Shown one piece after another: positions 58,971 through 64,000 of a stretch of DNA of 64,000 nt (the first letter of the stretch is position 1; every line of letters starts with the position of its first letter). Below the pieces are notes generated by a model. It ran no database searches and was not told where the DNA came from. It saw only the letters and a program-made list of their open reading frames with translations. The stretch comes from Hyaloraphidium curvatum SAG 235-1 (lineage: Eukaryota > Fungi > Monoblepharomycota), in assembly GCA_025558095.1 (NCBI GenBank), contig JAIVFI010000002.1:496001-560000 (forward strand), in the 5' to 3' direction. The position numbers and the translations under genes were made by a program.

Positions 58971-61232
58971 ATGCAAATAGGACTTCGGTCATTGCGCTCG
59001 CTCGCGACTCTGCTCTTGGTGGTCACATTAAGTGTCCTTGTCATCTACTTGTCTAGACGGATCGAAGCTAGGACACCCGGAAGCAAGAACCACGTTGACA
59101 TCCTGGCTGTTGTTGGCACACGGCCAGAAGCCATAAAGCTGGCTCCTGTCATCAAGGAGATACGACGTCGAGATGGCATTTCGATTGCGGTAATCACCAC
59201 TGGACAGCACGCACAAATGCTAAATGGACTTCTAAAAGAGTTGGCTATCCCGGTTGAAACGCATGGGCCACACCTCAGCAACGCGATGCAAGCAGGCCAG
59301 TCTTTGTTGAGCCTTTTCAGTCGCTGTGCTCTTGCAATTGAGCGCGCGATTGAGCACTATCGTCCTCGTGTTGTGCTTGTGCAAGGAGACACGACAACTG
59401 CGCTTGCAGGATCGCACGCTGCCTTTTATGCACGGACGCCACTGGCACATGTTGAAGCCGGGTTGCGGACCTATCGTGTGGGAGCTCCTTTCCCGGAGGA
59501 GTTCAATCGGAAGTCAATCGCCGCCGCGTCATGCTTTAACTTTGCGCCCACGAAGCGGGCGGCGAGTGCGCTTCTTACGGAAGGGGTCCGAGAAGACAGG
59601 ATATGGGTCACGGGCAACACCGTCATTGATTCGGTGCTTGAAATGTCGCGCCAGCCGCAAAATCCAGCTTTCGTGCAGTTCTTTGTTGACCACGGCATAT
59701 CACATTTAGAGAGACAGCGGCGTGCAAACGGGGAGCTAGTTATGTTATTGACGTGCCACAGACGCGAAAACCACGGCGAACTTACGAACATTATTTCCGC
59801 TGTACGCTTGCTACTTGATATGCACCAGCACCTGCATGTCTTGCTCCCTGTGCATCCCAACCCTGCTGTGCATGACGTATTTTTGAAAGAGTTCTATGGT
59901 GTAGATCGGATGCACCTCCTGCCACCTCTTGCCTATGGCGTCACCGTGACCGTGCTTGGGACATACGCAGATATTGTAGTGACGGACTCGGGAGGACTGC
60001 AAGAAGAGTCAACAAGCTTTCATGTGCCTGTCATTGTTCTCAGGGAGGTCACGGAGCGTCCAGAGGGTATCGATTACGGTGTCGCGAAGCTGGTGGGAAC
60101 AAACACGTCCTTGATAGTGCAAGCAGTCACGGCTATACTGTTTAACGAAAACGGCCTACGCGACTCCATGTCCCGGATTACTTGGCCCTATGGGGATGGT
60201 CATGCTGCCGAGAAAATTGCCAATGTGCTAACTTCAGAAATTACCGCAGACCCGTCGTTAGTCACCTGTTTGCAGTCTGGGCCAGGTTCATTACCATTGG
60301 GATGGCGGTACTCAGAAAAACATTTTGGCCGTGTGTGCCGTGTGGACCCTTTCCTTGACGAAGCAACTGTGTTTTTCATGTTGACCAGTCGGGATGTTGG
60401 GCTGACAGCCACTTGGTTCCGAAACTTCGAGCTTCTCATGCCATGCTACAAGCGCATAGTCATACCTGTTGTCCGTAATGAGGTGGACGATGTGCGGCAC
60501 GCGGCACCACCGTACGCCCAAATCGTACCCATGGATGTCCCGGAAGTGGTGCGAGGTGCAGTGGCACCGAATGAATCTGAAGTAGAGCGCGACAGGCGAC
60601 TGGGGCGAGATGACTATTTTCACCAAGTATATGCGAAGTTCACAGCCGACAAGTATCTTCAAGAATCCGACACACTTATTTTGTTTGTTGAGGCTGACGC
60701 TGTGTTCCAGCGCCCCGTGACAGCAGACTGCTTTATGAGAAACGGCAAAGTGATTTTTGCTGGCAACAATGGCACATTGATGTGGAAACATGGCACAGAA
60801 TTTGCCCTTGGTGTCAAAACAGCCTTGCATTACTACATCTCGAGGACCCCAGTGCTACTGCACCGCAGCACTATACTTGGTGCGAGGAAGCATATTGAGA
60901 CGTTGCACAGGATGCCATTTGATGCCATGGTTAAGCACGTTTTCAGACCACAGTTTTCATGGAATCCGAACAACACCATGTTTAGCGAGTTCAACACACT
61001 GGCTGTTTACGGCACAATCTATGAACCACATTTATATGCTGTCGAGTCTTGGACTAACTTCACAGTGCTTCCAAAGCAATGTGGGAGGCACTTTTCTCAA
61101 CCACGGGATAGCAAGTACGGCAAGGTCATCAATCTGATGCAAATGGAGAGATGCACCCAATGCGGTCTTAGCATGCTTTCAGGGGCACCAGACGTGATTC
61201 CGAGACCGAAGGCATGCCATCTGGACCTGTAG
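58971..61232 (+). CDS. WecB-like epimerase-glycosyltransferase fusion, copy 2 (inverted duplicate)
   Basis: Same 753-aa product as 27064-29325. Shared sequence runs from about 58966 to 61572. Confidence 0.92.
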   Translation: MQIGLRSLRSLATLLLVVTLSVLVIYLSRRIEARTPGSKNHVDILAVVGTRPEAIKLAPVIKEIRRRDGISIAVITTGQHAQMLNGLLKELAIPVETHGPHLSNAMQAGQSLLSLFSRCALAIERAIEHYRPRVVLVQGDTTTALAGSHAAFYARTPLAHVEAGLRTYRVGAPFPEEFNRKSIAAASCFNFAPTKRAASALLTEGVREDRIWVTGNTVIDSVLEMSRQPQNPAFVQFFVDHGISHLERQRRANGELVMLLTCHRRENHGELTNIISAVRLLLDMHQHLHVLLPVHPNPAVHDVFLKEFYGVDRMHLLPPLAYGVTVTVLGTYADIVVTDSGGLQEESTSFHVPVIVLREVTERPEGIDYGVAKLVGTNTSLIVQAVTAILFNENGLRDSMSRITWPYGDGHAAEKIANVLTSEITADPSLVTCLQSGPGSLPLGWRYSEKHFGRVCRVDPFLDEATVFFMLTSRDVGLTATWFRNFELLMPCYKRIVIPVVRNEVDDVRHAAPPYAQIVPMDVPEVVRGAVAPNESEVERDRRLGRDDYFHQVYAKFTADKYLQESDTLILFVEADAVFQRPVTADCFMRNGKVIFAGNNGTLMWKHGTEFALGVKTALHYYISRTPVLLHRSTILGARKHIETLHRMPFDAMVKHVFRPQFSWNPNNTMFSEFNTLAVYGTIYEPHLYAVESWTNFTVLPKQCGRHFSQPRDSKYGKVINLMQMERCTQCGLSMLSGAPDVIPRPKACHLDL

Positions 61233-62130
61233 GGACGCCATGAATTAGGACCAGACCCTTCGTCAACCCATCAACGGACCGACCTCTAACTATAGAAATG
61301 CAAGCGCCAGCTTCTTGGAGCAAGAGCCCGCAAGTACACGAGGACGAGTGGCCCGTGCAGGCGGCGAACCTCCTCCGGTGGAGCGAAGGGCTAGAGTTGT
61401 CCCTGTGCCATTCTGCCCTGAGAGCTCCCGGCGAACGGTGTCGCGGTGGCTCGGGCAAGGAGCATCACCCGGGAGCAAGGACGTTGTCCTGAAGCGTTAA
61501 CTGCAGAAGCGAGCGACAGCGGAGGCAGTGGCGGCTGATCGGTCGGATGTTCTGGTATGGGGAATGGGGATGGGCATAGGCGGCCAGCTCTAGCGCGCTG
61601 ACCGCGCAAACGCTACCCCGAAGCAACCGCCCGAACGAGGGCAAACACCCCCGCGCGGGCCCCGCCGACCGCGCAGAGCCGGGCAGCCGTCGCGCGCCGA
61701 GCTCCCCGGGCCGGCGCTTCGCGCCGCGGAGGCCCGGTGCGCGGGCGGCGCCGCGTCGCCCGCGGGCGGACGCTGACAGGTCGCGCGCGCGGGTTCCCAG
61801 GCGGTCCTCCCGCGCCGCGGACCCCATGGATTCGCGCATGGACGCCCTCGCCGCCGCGGGCCCGGGCGCCGGCGGTGACGTCGACTCGACCCCATCCCCG
61901 CGCGCCGCGCCAAGCCGCGCAGGCCCGCCGCCGGAGCCGCCCCCGCCCGGGAGGCGGGAGAGAGGAAGCGCAAGAGCGCGGGGGAGGGGGAGGATGGCGC
62001 TGCTGCGGGCCCCGTCGCCGCCGCCGGCGCCCTGCAGAGCCCCCCGAAGCGTCGGATCGCCGCGGCCAAGCCCCCGTCGGCCAAGGCGCCCGGCAAACCG
62101 GGGCGCAAGCCGCCGGCAGGCATACGCAAG

Positions 62131-64000
62131 ATGGATCTGGCATCGGCCGGTGCTCCGGCAGCCCGCGGAGGTGCGACGGGCGCCCCGGACGCGGCAGGCT
62201 CGGGAGGCAGCGGAGCGACGCGCAGGAGCAAGGTTGGCGGCACCTCCGCCCGGCACGAGGCGTCTCCGGGCGGGAATGATGCCGCTGCATCCGGTGCCGG
62301 GGCTCGCGCTCGCGGAGGAGGTGCTGGGGGCGACGGCGACGGCGCGCGGACCGGAGCTCCGGCTGGAGGGGCGCCGCTCGAAGCGGGAACCCCTCCCGGC
62401 GGTCAGGAAGCGCAAGAGCAGGGCGGACGGGGATCGGACGGATCCGCTCCCGCGGCAACGGCTGCCTCGGGCCCTCCGGCGCAGGCTCCGGCTCGACCGA
62501 CGGCGCGGAAGCCGAAGAGGAAGCGCGCCGCCGAAGACGACGGGGACGCGGAGCGAGCCGGTGCCGAGCCCGGTGCAGACGGAGCGGACGGAGGTTTGGG
62601 CCCCGCCGAGCGCAGCAAGCTCGAGGAGGCGCTCCGTGCCGGCCCCGCCGTGTCGGACGACCTGGAGCGCCGGGCCGCCCTCGCCGCGGACGAGGCCTGG
62701 AAGAACACGGAGAACAGCGGGACCACGGACAGCATCTACGCCTCGCACTTCGTGCATCACAAGCTCTGGTGCCGCGGGAACGGCGTGGAGCCCTTCCCCG
62801 TCCTGCCGGCCAAGGCGGTGCTGTTCGCCGACTGGACGATGAAGCGGCCGCGCCTCAAGTCCGGCGTGCGGAATGGCTCGAAGAAGGAGCGCACGGCGGA
62901 CCAGGGCCCGGCAACCCTGGCGGCTTTGGAAGAGCTGTTCATCACGGGCACTCGGATCGGGCCGAGTGTGGTCGGGGGCGTCCTCAACGCCCTCGAGTTC
63001 TTGCGCAAGGCCACGGCCATCGACTTCCCCGAGGCCGACTTCCCGCAGGCCCACCGCCCGCTCCGAAGCGATCCACGGGTGACGCGGATCGAGAAGCTAT
63101 CGAAGCAGAACAATGCGTCGCGGCAGGAAAACTCGGAGGAGATCAAGTCGGCCGGCGGCGCGTCCAAGACCTACAACCCGCAGCAGTACCGCGACGTCGC
63201 GAACTACCATCTGCTGCAAACGGCGAACGGCAAGAAGGCTGCTGCCACGCCGCAGGAGGCCGCCGCGGGGGTGCGCAATCGGGCACTGCACTTGATCTCG
63301 GGATCCTTCGCGGATCGGTCGTCGGACGTGCGCCCGACCGCCCTTTCGGACGTGCAGCTACGAGAGGAGACTCTCCCGAAGACTGATCGCACTGTGGAGG
63401 TGGGCAGTGACTCCCTGTGGGTCGCGTGGAGCTTCCTGACGCCCGTTTGCCCGCCCAGCTCGGCGTCATCCTCGACAACAGCTCGAAAACCAACAAGGAG
63501 GGCGAGATTTTCGAGAAGGCGATGCTGCGGAACCCGGACGTTCGGATCTGCCCGATCAACTCGCTCGCCCTGCACAGCTACGCAACGTACCACGTCCTGC
63601 AGGAGCGGCCCCCGGGGTTTGCCCCCGTTTTTGACGCCAAGAGCCCGCCGTACGGCCGCAGGGACTGGTACAAGATCCCGCTGTTTCCCGGGAACGGAGA
63701 GAAGGGGGAGATCGCGTACAAGAGTGGGTGGGCGCGGACTTCCCGCCTCTCCGTGAACTCAGGGGCGCTTCTCCGCCGCAGCACACTGGAAAGCCGTCAC
63801 GGGAGCACACACGGCGCTCGGGCTCTTCGACGTCACGAAGAAGACCCACGCTGGGCGCTCGTACGCTCCGCGTCGCGCACATGCCAAGGACTGTCCCGAC
63901 GAGGACATGATGGCCCTGGGGCGGTGGAGCAACGGCAAGGTCTTCCGGGAGCGATATCTGACGTCGATGCCGTGGCCGGCGATCATCGCGACCGCCGACT
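62131..64000 (+). CDS. Crypton-type (Ndc10-like) tyrosine recombinase, running off the window
   Basis: DRSSDV (R), SKTNKEG, RNPDVRICPINSLA, DWYKIPLF, KKTHAGRS (HxxR), ALGRWS, ERYL (Y). Introns near 63400-63458 and 63726-63781. Confidence 0.88.

Noticed and set aside
61465-63054. 529-aa minus-strand ORF and similar long ORFs (3433-4773, 34706-35791, 38021-39151)
   Set aside because: GC-rich shadow frames of real genes with no motifs.

Overview
Eukaryotic, fungus-like DNA with short GT-AG introns; the taxon cannot be determined from sequence alone. The left end carries housekeeping genes (THR1, ARPC2/ARC35, BUB3, COQ10). Most of the rest is a transposon-rich accessory region holding a dispersed set of secretory-pathway glycan genes: a sulfotransferase, a dead NTP-transferase/HAD/kinase-like gene, two disabled copies of a nucleotide-sugar transporter, an intron-rich two-domain glycosyltransferase-like gene, an SGNH/NXPE-like O-acetyltransferase, and two inverted copies of a membrane-anchored WecB-type UDP-GlcNAc 2-epimerase fused to a glycosyltransferase-like domain. 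The main candidate for an undescribed system is this ManNAc-glycan toolkit, built around a predicted Golgi-lumenal epimerase-transferase fusion. Mobile elements read from the sequence: a full Plavaka-type element with TIRs, an IS630/Tc1 element with a PHD-finger passenger plus its MITE, a three-module 12.6-kb CRE-type non-LTR insertion carrying a Helitron fragment, a gag-only LTR element with a Tf1-type self-priming structure, a TIR/9-bp-TSD family enclosing a Crypton-like tyrosine recombinase gene, and a Crypton running off the right end. Family assignments come from motif recognition, not database searches.
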